Notes: a model not told the origin generated them from the letters alone. A stretch of 64,000 bases of DNA from an uncultured Verrucomicrobiae bacterium (GCA_963765535.1 CAVXWU010000001.1:13960-77959), one strand, 5' to 3'. Positions 27,947 to 37,077 are shown, numbered from the stretch's first letter. Made by a program: numbers and translations.

Positions 27947-29194
27947 TTATTCGTTTGGACACGGCTTGTCACCACAGATTCCATCATCGTTCTCGTGTGC
28001 ATAGGGACCAATGCCGTCTTCGAGAATAAGCGTTCCGCTGGCGCGGTCGGTACCCTCCAGCTTTGGGTTGAGCCGCCGTAGTTTTGCGGCGGATGTTCGA
28101 AAAGCCTCGGCGACCTCCAGGATGGTGCACTCCTTTGGCAACTCCGCGGAGCGCTCGCCGGTGAGAAACCGTAGTTGCCCATTCTCGATTCGGTACCTCC
28201 ACAGAGTCTGTGTCCTGGTCTCGCTCCAATAGATGGTGTTGCCTTCGTCTGTAGCCCACACGTGCATCGTGATAGGTTCAGGATCCGGCTTCTTGTCCCA
28301 TGACGACAGGTCCACTTCCGTCTGTACGATAGCCAGCTCCGCCAGAGACGAATCATAGCGGATGTCCAAGCCGACGGATGAGGAACTCAGCAAGCCTGCG
28401 CTTCCGTGAGCATAAATGCTGTCGCGGAAAAGCTCCTTGAAGCTTCCGCCATTGAGCTGAAGAACCAGATGGCCTTGCTTTGAATAACGCCCCGACCCCT
28501 GCGGAAACGTTCCCCACTTCATCCAGATGAGTCTTCCTGGATCAAGCCATTGGATTTTGAGGCTCGCCGAATCGAAGCCCAGTTGTTCGAAGCCCCGATC
28601 AGCAAACGGGCGCATCGTAGCAGAACGGGCCACATCAATATCCAACTCAGACCACCGGAACCGCAGCACGTTTCGAAAAAGGTGAAACTCATGCATCCAG
28701 CCGTACAGCTCCTTGATAGCCGGCGGTATCGGGATTTCTACCGACTGAATCCGGTAGTTGGTCAACTCTTGCTCAGCAACTTTGGCCGCAGACACGGGAC
28801 CGATGACGAGGTCGGTCTCGGTGACTCGATGTTTCTCATCGAAAAAGACCGTCAACGTCTGCCAGTCATCATTCGAGATGACGTGAAGCCACACCGCTAT
28901 CTTAAGCTCCAGGCCGAGAAACGGGCGACCCAGCAATTGATAAACCTGGTGTTCGTTCATGCCGGGCTCCACCCTTTTCCAGAGACTCGGAGGGTCCGCG
29001 GCGGCGACCACTTCAGGAGCGAGGGGTATCGCGCATATGATCGAGACGAGGATACACCGGATAATGAGTCGAGGAAGGGGTAGGCCACCGACCACGAACG
29101 AGCGACTGCTCCTCGTCTGCCTGAACCGCATCCAACTCCGCCCAACTCCGAGAAAGAGGGCGATGCGTCGGCTGGTTGGACGGTTCCCGCTCAT
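27947..29194 (-). CDS. secreted hypothetical protein (BamE/SmpA-like N-terminal motif, LysM-like C-terminal motif)
   Basis: VEPGMNEHQVYQLLGRP near the N-terminus and CTILEVAEAFRTSAAKLRRLNPKL near the C-terminus. The start overlaps the upstream stop (ATGA). Confidence 0.45.
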   Translation of the reverse strand: MSGNRPTSRRIALFLGVGRSWMRFRQTRSSRSFVVGGLPLPRLIIRCILVSIICAIPLAPEVVAAADPPSLWKRVEPGMNEHQVYQLLGRPFLGLELKIAVWLHVISNDDWQTLTVFFDEKHRVTETDLVIGPVSAAKVAEQELTNYRIQSVEIPIPPAIKELYGWMHEFHLFRNVLRFRWSELDIDVARSATMRPFADRGFEQLGFDSASLKIQWLDPGRLIWMKWGTFPQGSGRYSKQGHLVLQLNGGSFKELFRDSIYAHGSAGLLSSSSVGLDIRYDSSLAELAIVQTEVDLSSWDKKPDPEPITMHVWATDEGNTIYWSETRTQTLWRYRIENGQLRFLTGERSAELPKECTILEVAEAFRTSAAKLRRLNPKLEGTDRASGTLILEDGIGPYAHENDDGICGDKPCPNE

Positions 29195-30098
29195 ATTGGA
29201 TGCAACTGCGCCATGCGGTTAGCAGCGCGATTCTGCTGGACTATATGCCATACCTCTCTCCACTCCTTAACACCGTCGGCAGCATTCCAACGAGTATTCA
29301 TGGCGAACACAAACTCCTGATTGTGCCACAGTTCGTCCATGACCCCACCGGCGAAGGCCGCAGGCCAAAACTTACCGCGATGAAGCGAGTCCCACTGGAC
29401 ACGTGTAAACACCACGACCGGGATGTCCTGATAGGGCGCACTAGCTCGCCAATTCGGATGTCGAAGCGTGATCATGGGTGCACGCCCGACTAATACCTGC
29501 GTGACCTCGCCAGGCTCATAGCGCGTGAGCTCCACCTCCTGAATTGAAACTGAATGATCTTGCCAGGTGGCCGGCAGCCAAACCATGAGTCCGTATTGCT
29601 CGTTGTGATATCGAAGCGGTAATCCCGCGGGTTCGAGCGGAGCACCTAGTTCGGCCCCAAGGTCAAGCTCAGCATATTCCCTCAGGAGAAACCAATAGCA
29701 GGTAAATGCCGGTACATCGGGGGCCTCCTCGATGATGGAGAATCTCGAGCACTCAGAAAGCCTGCGGCCACCCGGAACTCGAACGCCATGGCGCCCGCAC
29801 CCTCTTGAGACTTGCTTGGCACGGGTTGGCGGAGGACGGTGCACGAGGAGACGATGTTGGACGAGGAATCGCGTATGGTCAGGGAGCCGTGAAAGTCGGC
29901 AGGGTCAATCCCACGTCCAGGCCGGACAATCACCCGAAAGTGCCTGACATCGCCCTCATCCGAGTACGTGAAGGTTCTGATCCGAATGAAGTCATAGGAA
30001 TTCGACGGCGACAATTTGATGAAAGCCGAGAACCCCTGCGTATGCTGGAGTGCGACAGACAGAAACCCGATAGCGAATAGAAGCGGGACTAGGCGCAT
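29191..30098 (-). pseudogene. secreted hypothetical protein split by a frameshift near 29750
   Basis: Frame A (30098->) has signal peptide MRLVPLLFAIGFLSVALQ and reads to ...FEFRVAAGFLS. Frame B continues ...SECSRFSIIEEAPDVPAF... to 29191. Confidence 0.5.
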
Positions 30099-30126
30099 GC
30101 GTGCCGAACTGTTACCAGTGAGTGTC

Positions 30127-30192
30127 GCAAACGCGTTATTTGACGGGAAAGCTGTCATTTGGCATTGCCCCACATTGGCTCAACTCCCGTAA
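30127..30192 (-). repeat. shared ~65 bp upstream element, copy B
   Basis: See copy A. It lies 29 nt upstream of the ATG at 30098. Confidence 0.65.
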
Positions 30193-30397
30193 CACCGTGG
30201 AAAGCCCATGCCCATAATGTCTGCAGAGTAGGCTCGCGCTGTCAGCAAAGCAACTCCCGCTAAACGGTCCGAAAAAGTTAGATCCTCACCCCACCACCCC
30301 CAACCTCAGCCAGCTCCCCTTCTTGAGGGTCGGCCCCGTGGCGCCGCCGCTGACCTGGTTGGCCCATCGGAGAGCGAACGTGCCGTCAACGCCGGGC

Positions 30398-31042
30398 CTA
30401 CGGCCCACCCTTAACGACCCCCACCGCGGCGAGCGCCCCCCGCATAGCGTGAACGAGCGTTGACAGCGCCCGGACGTCATCCGCGAGTTCCTCACACTTG
30501 TCCCTCAGGGCCTGAATCTCGGTCTGGGTCGGCGGGTCGGAGATGGTGAGCCCCCCGATTTCGCCGTCTGTGTTACCGAGCGTCACCGCCGCCTGGTCGG
30601 CCCCGGACGGCTGCGTGACAGGCGTGACGCCGTAGAATCCGATTCTGGCCGAAGCGCTGCCGGCAATCTGCGTCTCCCAGACGAGGCTGCCTGCATGGCG
30701 TTTAAAGGCCCCCTGCGTGACGTTGATGATCAGATAACCAGTCGGGATGGTCCCTGTCGCCGGATCAGCCGTTACGGCCGCCGGCAGGATCTGCTTCCAG
30801 GTTCCAGGTGTCCCCGCCAAGGTGCATTGGAACACCCCGCCGAGGGCATCCTTCCAGATCTCATCCAGGACATGAGCCCCCGTCGCTGGCGGCCCGATCG
30901 TGGTCGTGGGCACGCCGTTCACGTAGGTCGGTTCGTGCTTGAAGACCTCGGCCGTCACGATTTCAAAGTTGGTTTCGGTGAGCGCCACGAAATCGGCGGC
31001 GTTGCTCACGTCGTGCAATCGGCCAGGTGCAATCGTTCCCAT
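30398..31042 (-). CDS. phage structural-like protein (fibre/decoration-like C-terminus)
   Basis: IGFYGVTPVTQPSG...TQTEIQALRDKCEELADDVRALSTLVHAMRGALAAVGVV resembles a motif I recall from phage fibre-type proteins. This is from memory only. Confidence 0.35.
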   Translation of the reverse strand: MGTIAPGRLHDVSNAADFVALTETNFEIVTAEVFKHEPTYVNGVPTTTIGPPATGAHVLDEIWKDALGGVFQCTLAGTPGTWKQILPAAVTADPATGTIPTGYLIINVTQGAFKRHAGSLVWETQIAGSASARIGFYGVTPVTQPSGADQAAVTLGNTDGEIGGLTISDPPTQTEIQALRDKCEELADDVRALSTLVHAMRGALAAVGVVKGGP

Positions 31043-31244
31043 ATTCAGATCTTTCTCACGGTGACTTCGTCGTAGTTCAGGCTCCGGAGCCCGCTGCGGA
31101 CGAACCACGCCCGCAGCTTGAAATCGGTTTCTACTCCCAGTGCGGCGACCAACTGAGCGTTGGTGATAGTCCGCGGGCCGCTTCCGCCTGAGAACGTGAA
31201 CGTCCCTTTGAGGACAAGGATGCAGGGGGCCGGACGCGAAGATC

Positions 31245-31808
31245 GTGTTCATCGGGCGCGACGCAAACTGGCCCCGAGAGCTTGGCGACGATTCCAAGGT
31301 CAAGGACTTCATGAAAATGCTCTGGTCCTATTTCGAGAGCCCGGACGCGTGGTTCGAGAAGTACGAGGAAACACATCCGTTTCTGGTGGCCGACAAGAGC
31401 AAGGAGATGGGTGCCGCATGCGGGCTCCGAAAGCGAGGGCGTCCCGCAGGCGGCCTTCAGTTCCATCTGAAAATGGCAAGATTGATAAACGGTACGGGCA
31501 TCCAGAAGGATGTAGTTCGCCGTTCAACCTTCTTCACCGAACTTTGCATCGCGGCGACCGAGAATCTATCCAGCAAAGATCCAGCGCAGTATCGCCGCCG
31601 TTTCCTGGACAAATGCAACCGGGAGCACCTTATCTTTTTGGACCGAGAGGTATTTGGGTCAAACAAACCGAAGTTTATTTTCATCCTCGGATCAACACTG
31701 TGGCGCGAAGGTTTCCTTTGGCTCGCCAACTCCTGCAACTTTGTGAAACCATTTCAGTGTCTTCGAAATGGTCATCGGGTAAACCTTGCAGTCTTTCTCA
31801 ATTCTTGA
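31245..31808 (+). CDS. hypothetical protein (lower-GC segment)
   Basis: 187 aa ORF with shorter shadow ORFs opposite. No motif recognised. Confidence 0.35.
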   Translation: MFIGRDANWPRELGDDSKVKDFMKMLWSYFESPDAWFEKYEETHPFLVADKSKEMGAACGLRKRGRPAGGLQFHLKMARLINGTGIQKDVVRRSTFFTELCIAATENLSSKDPAQYRRRFLDKCNREHLIFLDREVFGSNKPKFIFILGSTLWREGFLWLANSCNFVKPFQCLRNGHRVNLAVFLNS

Positions 31809-32198
31809 GTAGGGCGCGCCATAGGCCGCCATCGCCAGAATGCCCGCAACCTTCCATTCCGCCAGCCGTGACGGCCAATCCACATTGATGAATTCATCGA
31901 TGTGGAACTCGTTCGAGAGAACCTCCACTCGCGTTTCCGTCTTCGTTGGCAGCGAGGGGTTGAAGAAGTTCGCCGATGAGGCACGCAAGACGAACAACGT
32001 GATCACCGGTGAGATGGGCGTAGGCGCGGAAGAGTTCAACGTCCGCGTCATCAAACCCGTTCGGCAAATTGCTGCAACTCTCACTTCCGCCGACGCTTGC
32101 ACTCGAAAATGTCTCGTTGCCCTCATTTGGGTTTGAATGGGGTTGTCGGACAAAACGAACCCCGCAACAAGGCGAGCAGCGGTCCTGCCCGGACCCAA
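31692..32198 (-). CDS. hypothetical protein (overlaps the previous ORF by 117 nt; one of the two ends is probably wrong)
   Basis: 168 aa ORF. The antisense ORF 31840-32136 shares its wobble positions, so the strand call is weak. Confidence 0.25.
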   Translation of the reverse strand: MGPGRTAARLVAGFVLSDNPIQTQMRATRHFRVQASAEVRVAAICRTGLMTRTLNSSAPTPISPVITLFVLRASSANFFNPSLPTKTETRVEVLSNEFHIDEFINVDWPSRLAEWKVAGILAMAAYGAPYSRIEKDCKVYPMTISKTLKWFHKVAGVGEPKETFAPQC

Positions 32199-32420
32199 AA
32201 CTCAATCCGTGCTAAAAATCCTCGGCCAGACCGGCAAGCCGGGATCTCTCCACAGTGACATCGCCGCTGATGCTGGCAGCTGCTGGCCAAAGTCCGACTC
32301 CGACCGAGCCTGAGTGAAAAACGACCAATTGGTCGTTTTTGAATCTCCGACCAAGTTGCCAGTCAGCTTCCACGTCCCCGGTGCCCCGGCCAAAGTTGAT
32401 ACTCAATTCGCAAGCGTGGG
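32166..32420 (+). repeat. structured non-coding element, copy A (contains a 59 nt insertion)
   Basis: Aligns with 32485-32680. Identical 55 nt block CGGCAAGCCGGGATCTCTCCACAGTGACATCGCCGCTGATGCTGGCAG. Indels are not multiples of 3. Confidence 0.7.
32316..32339. terminator. perfect 24 nt palindrome AAAAACGACCAATTGGTCGTTTTT (bidirectional terminator-like) inside copy A's insertion
   Basis: Read directly from the sequence. 8 bp GC-poor stem with flanking A/T runs. Confidence 0.45.
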
Positions 32421-32484
32421 CCTTGCGAGATCCAGGAACACAAGTTGTTCTTGAAAGCAGTCCTGAACGATGAATCAGGCCAGG

Positions 32485-32680
32485 AACAGGCGAGCAGCGG
32501 TCCTGCCCGGACCCACAACTTATCCGTGTTGAAAATCCTCGGCAAGACTCGGCAAGCCGGGATCTCTCCACAGTGACATCGCCGCTGATGCTGGCAGTCT
32601 TGAATCTCCGACCAAGTCGCCAGTCAGCTTCCACGTCCCCGGTGCTCCGGCCAGGGCTGATACTCGCTGCGCAAGCGGGG
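32485..32680 (+). repeat. structured non-coding element, copy B
   Basis: See copy A. Predicted stem GCTGA..CTGGC / GCCAG-TCAGC encloses the site where copy A carries its insertion. Confidence 0.7.
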
Positions 32681-32837
32681 GAAAGCAGCGCGGGGGAGAA
32701 ACGCAGACTCTCGGACCGGTTATCTATTTGTGGCGCTCCGACCACCTTCCCTCACCTCGAGCCTGAACTCCGCGCACCAAGATCGTAAACGCCACCCATG
32801 TTGCGCTGACCTGCACCGGCCCGCATAGTTATAGCGT

Positions 32838-33398
32838 ATGGCGACAGAAAACCAGATTCGGGCCAATCAAATCAACGCCTGCCGAAGTACCGGACCAAAG
32901 TCGGCGCTGGGCAAGAGAATCTCCTCGCGCAACGCGACCCGACACGGGTTTTACGCGACAAGTGTATTGTTGCCGGGTGAAGATCGCGACGAGTTCATCC
33001 GGTTCAGCCGCCGCTTGGTCATGGCGTATGCCCCGTGTGGTGTACTGGAGGAGGAGCAGGTCCGGACCATCATCGAGACCCGCTGGCAATTGCGCCGCGC
33101 CAACATCGTCGACACCGAACTTTACATGATGTACTCGGTCTACGATGGCGAACAAGGAGGGGTGGGGACCGCCTTCGCCCAAGACGCCACGCAAGGCAAC
33201 GCCTTCACCAAGCTCACCCGCTACCAGACCTTCTTCCTGCGAAAGTTGGCGCTGGCGGAAAGAGAGCTGGCACGGTTGCAGGCGGATCCGCGTCCTCAAG
33301 CTGGGGACACGCCTGGAGTGGCAGGACTCCTGGATGACCGGCCCCCTATGGCAACTGCCGTTCCGGATCCTCTGGCTCAGACCAGCCAATGGGAATGA
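32838..33398 (+). CDS. conserved hypothetical protein (N-terminal NQI.AN..NA..STGPKS..GK..SS.NA..HG motif)
   Basis: 186 aa ORF. The N-terminal motif matches, from memory, a widespread uncharacterised family. Confidence 0.6.
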   Translation: MATENQIRANQINACRSTGPKSALGKRISSRNATRHGFYATSVLLPGEDRDEFIRFSRRLVMAYAPCGVLEEEQVRTIIETRWQLRRANIVDTELYMMYSVYDGEQGGVGTAFAQDATQGNAFTKLTRYQTFFLRKLALAERELARLQADPRPQAGDTPGVAGLLDDRPPMATAVPDPLAQTSQWE

Positions 33399-33856
33399 AA
33401 ACCAAGCCCCTCGCGCCCGCTACGGCCGTCATGCGCAAACCCAGGCAGCAATGGAAGATTCCGCCAATGCCTCGGGCAGTTGTTTGGTCTGAGGACGAAG
33501 AAGTCCAAGCCCGGCGGCGGGCGTTTCTACGGGCCACGACACCGTTGGGCCGTGAGATCTTGCGGAAGATCCTCTTCCGAGCGGAGAGACTTCTACACGA
33601 CCCCGATGCATCGATCGATGACGTCGTAATGACGCTTGAAAGTGAATTTGAGACTTTTGCCGCGCTCCGGCCCGAATTTGCCGTGATGTTTGGGCAGATC
33701 TGGAGCGGGGCCGAACGGGTCGCTTCCCTGGCTTCGTCGCGGAGTCTGGCGACGTTGGTTGTGCTGCGGCTCCGGGCGTCGCAAAACCTCGACTGCCGGT
33801 CCGGCGGCAACGGTGTAGCGGCACGATCGCCTGTGAGTTGGAGGCTCCTGCTGTAA
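33389..33856 (+). CDS. hypothetical protein, overlapping the upstream gene by 10 nt
   Basis: 155 aa ORF. No motif recognised. Confidence 0.4.
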   Translation: MGMKTKPLAPATAVMRKPRQQWKIPPMPRAVVWSEDEEVQARRRAFLRATTPLGREILRKILFRAERLLHDPDASIDDVVMTLESEFETFAALRPEFAVMFGQIWSGAERVASLASSRSLATLVVLRLRASQNLDCRSGGNGVAARSPVSWRLLL

Positions 33857-34013
33857 TTGGCACGCGGGTCAACGCGGGAAACCTCCGAAAGGATCGGTCT
33901 GGTGTTTGGCGGCAGCGTCCGCAGCCGTGCCAGGGTAGGCGCTGGATCAGAGCACACTCATTTTGAGTTCACGCCGGCAATCCCATCCCACGCGCCGCAC
34001 TTGGAATATGGGC

Positions 34014-34607
34014 CTAGTTGAGGATTTTCAGCCAGAGCCTGGACCTGCGGCCCGGCAGATACCGTCCATCCATCCGCTTGGCCATCACGCCTTCCAGGCG
34101 CCGCGCTTTCACCAGTTTGAACATCTCCAACCCGCGTCCCTCAACCGCTGGAGAGGCGAGCACGCCATCACCTTGGCCCACATCCAATAAATTCAGCATC
34201 CGGGTACGCCTTTCGATCAACGGCCTCGGCATCCACGAGTTAGCGTCCAGAAACAGCAGATCAAATGCGATGAACGTAGCCGGACACTGTTCGGCCAGCA
34301 GGCCGATGCGCAATGAATCCCGCACGGACATCCGGCGCAGCACCTTCGTCCGATCCGGATCCCCGTTGACCAGCACCACCAGTTCCCCATCCAACACCGT
34401 CCCTCCCGGGAATCTGGCGAGCGACTCCACGACCTCCGGGAATTGTGCGGTTATTTCCGTCATCTCCCGGCTTTGCAGGCGGACGCGGCCACTGCCCTCG
34501 ATGTGAGCCAGTGCGCGAATGCCATCCCATTTTATCTCGAACAGATGGTCCGGCGAATCGAACGGACCGTTGGCAGTATGCGCCAGCATGGGCGAGATTG
34601 CCTTCAT
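34014..34607 (-). CDS. ATP-dependent DNA ligase, nucleotidyltransferase domain only (no OB-fold domain)
   Basis: Motif I EIKWDGIR, III VLDGELVV, IIIa FIAFDLLFL, IV EGVMAKR, V LWLKIL, then stop. 197 aa from ATG 34607. Confidence 0.75.
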   Translation of the reverse strand: MKAISPMLAHTANGPFDSPDHLFEIKWDGIRALAHIEGSGRVRLQSREMTEITAQFPEVVESLARFPGGTVLDGELVVLVNGDPDRTKVLRRMSVRDSLRIGLLAEQCPATFIAFDLLFLDANSWMPRPLIERRTRMLNLLDVGQGDGVLASPAVEGRGLEMFKLVKARRLEGVMAKRMDGRYLPGRRSRLWLKILN

Positions 34608-34792
34608 CAGTTTGCCCAATCGCCAGTGACCCCGCGTGCCGTCCGCAACGGGTCCACGGTTGGCTGGACGGTTTCGAGGAGGCGCGACCCGTAGAATCAC
34701 CGCCCTGCAAGGAATCACACGAGTCGCCCAGATCAGGTTAGTCCGCCGATACAAGTCCTAACAGAGCATCACGACACTCTGTCAATACGCGA

Positions 34793-35818
34793 CTACTCAG
34801 AGCTGCGGCGACGGCCCTCGATGGGCGGAACACTATGGCGCTCCACGTGTTCTACGAAGTCGCTGAACCGGAATCCGGGAGCGGCACAGCCCTTTGCGGC
34901 CAATGGCGGGTTGTCGCGGCGTGGGCGGCGACCTGGGTCGTCATACTGCGCGCCGAGGTAACGTCCGGCAGCCCGACGCATTGCGTGGGCAGTCGTGGGG
35001 TGCTTCCGCAGCCATTCGTTGAGCCGGACGGCAGCCCGACGATCCATCGCCTGGTCGAACGGGGGCACAAGATATACGGCACCGATTACATCATCGTACT
35101 CATCTGCGAAGACCTCCAAAGCCTTCAGGGCTTCGGGACTGGCCGGGCAGTCCTGCTCCAGGAACGTCTGCCATTGTTTACCACCACGGCCACGCCGACC
35201 GCTGACTTCATGCGTAAAGAAAGCCTCCAGCTCCTTGGGTGAGGCCGTTAGGAAATTGGGGCGCGGCGCGACGGCGCTTTTCCCGGCCTTCTCCTCGGGT
35301 CCCGACACTTTATCGCTATGATCACGCTGCACCTTCCTGGCCGCCGTGATTGTCATCCCTGGCAATGCCAACACGCTGTCGAGCAACTGTACGAAGACGC
35401 TGTTCCTAAGTGTTCTGCCATCGAACCTCCCGTCGCGGATCGATCGACGCAGAAATCCCATCTGCTCCAGCGCGCCCAGTGAACGTTCGGCGGTACGCTT
35501 TGAGAAGCCGAACCGGGCCTTGAAGAGACCGTAGCCGGTCCGCCAGGTCGATTTGTCAACACGCTCCAACTCGACGGTCGGTTTTGGTTCTTTCCCAGCC
35601 ACCATGAGGGACCTCCACCGCCAAATCTCAGCCAGGATCAAAAGCGCGGAGGCAGGCATCCCCTCCTTGGTGCGGTAGACCTGGAGGAGCGGACCCGGAA
35701 TATGAAGACCCTCCGGCACACTCGATGTCTCGGTGGCGGTAGGTGTCTGCTGTGTTCGGCGAGACCGGCGGCCTAGATTGGTTTTACGACGTTTCGTGAG
35801 AGACATAGCTCGATTCAC
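34793..35818 (-). CDS. winged-helix protein, possible replication/regulatory protein of the island
   Basis: 341 aa. A basic N-terminus, then FGFSKRTAERSLGALEQMGFLRRS (HTH-like). Confidence 0.45.
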   Translation of the reverse strand: MNRAMSLTKRRKTNLGRRSRRTQQTPTATETSSVPEGLHIPGPLLQVYRTKEGMPASALLILAEIWRWRSLMVAGKEPKPTVELERVDKSTWRTGYGLFKARFGFSKRTAERSLGALEQMGFLRRSIRDGRFDGRTLRNSVFVQLLDSVLALPGMTITAARKVQRDHSDKVSGPEEKAGKSAVAPRPNFLTASPKELEAFFTHEVSGRRGRGGKQWQTFLEQDCPASPEALKALEVFADEYDDVIGAVYLVPPFDQAMDRRAAVRLNEWLRKHPTTAHAMRRAAGRYLGAQYDDPGRRPRRDNPPLAAKGCAAPGFRFSDFVEHVERHSVPPIEGRRRSSE

Positions 35819-35965
35819 AGCCGACGGTAAACGTGTTACGACAGATTGTCGATACGCCTATATGTCAGGGCAAAGTCCTTGGTTTTGGTGGTTACGGGTC
35901 TGGTCACGAAACACTCGAAGTCCATCAGTTCTCCGTCGGCAGTGAAAACCGTGTTCTTGGGGGAT

Positions 35966-36391
35966 ATGAAAATGAACACTGTGGTCTCAAACACCAGCAA
36001 CGCCGCGCTCTCCCAGGCGGCCTACAATCCCTGCTTCTTAACCTTCCAGGCATCCCTTTGCCAGTGGTGCGCCAAGGCCATCGGGCAAGGCGCGCACGGC
36101 AGCCGCATGGTCTTGCTGCACGCGCTAATCTTGACGGAAGCCCTGCGCGCATCAGGCATCGCCGCAGAGCCCACGGTCGTTTTCTGGCCTAGCTTCTACG
36201 GCAACCTCGGCATCGGGACCGAGTCCGAGGTTCTCGATGCGCTGATCGGTCTGGCCAACGCAGGACTCGTGGCGGTTTCCATGGTTCGCCTCGACGACCA
36301 AGCACACGTTAATGGCCGCACACAGATCATCGTATCGATCCCTTCGGCCACCAAACAAGGACAGCACCCCGCTCCTACCGCTTCGGCGTAG
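35966..36391 (+). CDS. small paralog 1 of a three-member tandem family
   Basis: C-terminal block GTESEVLDALIGLANAGLVAVSMVRLDDQAHVNGRTQIIVSIP aligns with paralogs 2 and 3. Confidence 0.5.
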   Translation: MKMNTVVSNTSNAALSQAAYNPCFLTFQASLCQWCAKAIGQGAHGSRMVLLHALILTEALRASGIAAEPTVVFWPSFYGNLGIGTESEVLDALIGLANAGLVAVSMVRLDDQAHVNGRTQIIVSIPSATKQGQHPAPTASA

Positions 36392-36434
36392 GCATCAACT
36401 CACCCATCAGAATCTTTGACGTTCTACTAAGGGT

Positions 36435-36815
36435 ATGAAGAAGAACCGCAATACTCGGACAACCAGCCCTCACGGCCCTGACGGTCTCGATGGCTGTTGC
36501 CCCTTTCATCGATACCTTCGTGCGTGGTTCCGCGCTCGCGATCCGAAAAGCGACACATGCCGACAACTCGCGCTCTTGGCCCACATCCTCCACGCCCACT
36601 TGGACGGCGCGGATGATCAAGCCATCGGCATTGTCTTTAAGCCTGGGGACCTTGAGAGCCTCGGCATCGGCTCCAGAGCCGAGGTCATGGCGGCGCTGAA
36701 ACAGCTGGCCGCTGAGCGCGTGCTGGACGTGACCAGAGTCCGCGCCGACGAGCAAGGCCATGTGCGTGGCCACGAGCTCATTGTTGTCACCCTTCCATGG
36801 CTGGCGCGTCCGTAA
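36435..36815 (+). CDS. small paralog 2
   Basis: GSRAEVMAALKQLAAERVLDVTRVRADEQGHVRGHELIVVTLPW. Confidence 0.5.
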   Translation: MKKNRNTRTTSPHGPDGLDGCCPFHRYLRAWFRARDPKSDTCRQLALLAHILHAHLDGADDQAIGIVFKPGDLESLGIGSRAEVMAALKQLAAERVLDVTRVRADEQGHVRGHELIVVTLPWLARP

Positions 36816-36840
36816 ACGAAAATGTGTGAAGACGCGAAAA

Positions 36841-37077
36841 CGTAAATGCCACCTGGTACTCGGGACTGATCATGCCGAACCTTCCTGGGCGGCAAACTGT
36901 GATAGTCCGGTGATCTTCATCGATACGAGATAAGTGGAGCCCCAGCTCATGGACGCGCTGACCGCGCTCCCCGAGGCCAGATTGGTGGACGTGGCATTTG
37001 TCCCGCCTGACGAACAGGCGCACGCACGAGGCAACGTGACAGTGGTCGTCCCGCTTCCGTGGCTGTGCCAGTGCTAA
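36841..37077 (+). pseudogene. small paralog 3, decayed (in-frame TAA, no start)
   Basis: ...VIFIDTR*VEPQLMDALTALPEARLVDVAFVPPDEQAHARGNVTVVVPLPWLCQC*. Confidence 0.4.

Noticed and set aside
32166-32680. Tandem repeats as a CRISPR array, or as a repeat-containing protein (ORF 32212-32745 on the minus strand).
   Set aside because: There are only two copies of a ~200 nt unit with a 64 nt spacer, which is not CRISPR-like. Between-copy indels of 1-2 nt break every reading frame, so the repeated peptide in the ORF track is a by-product.
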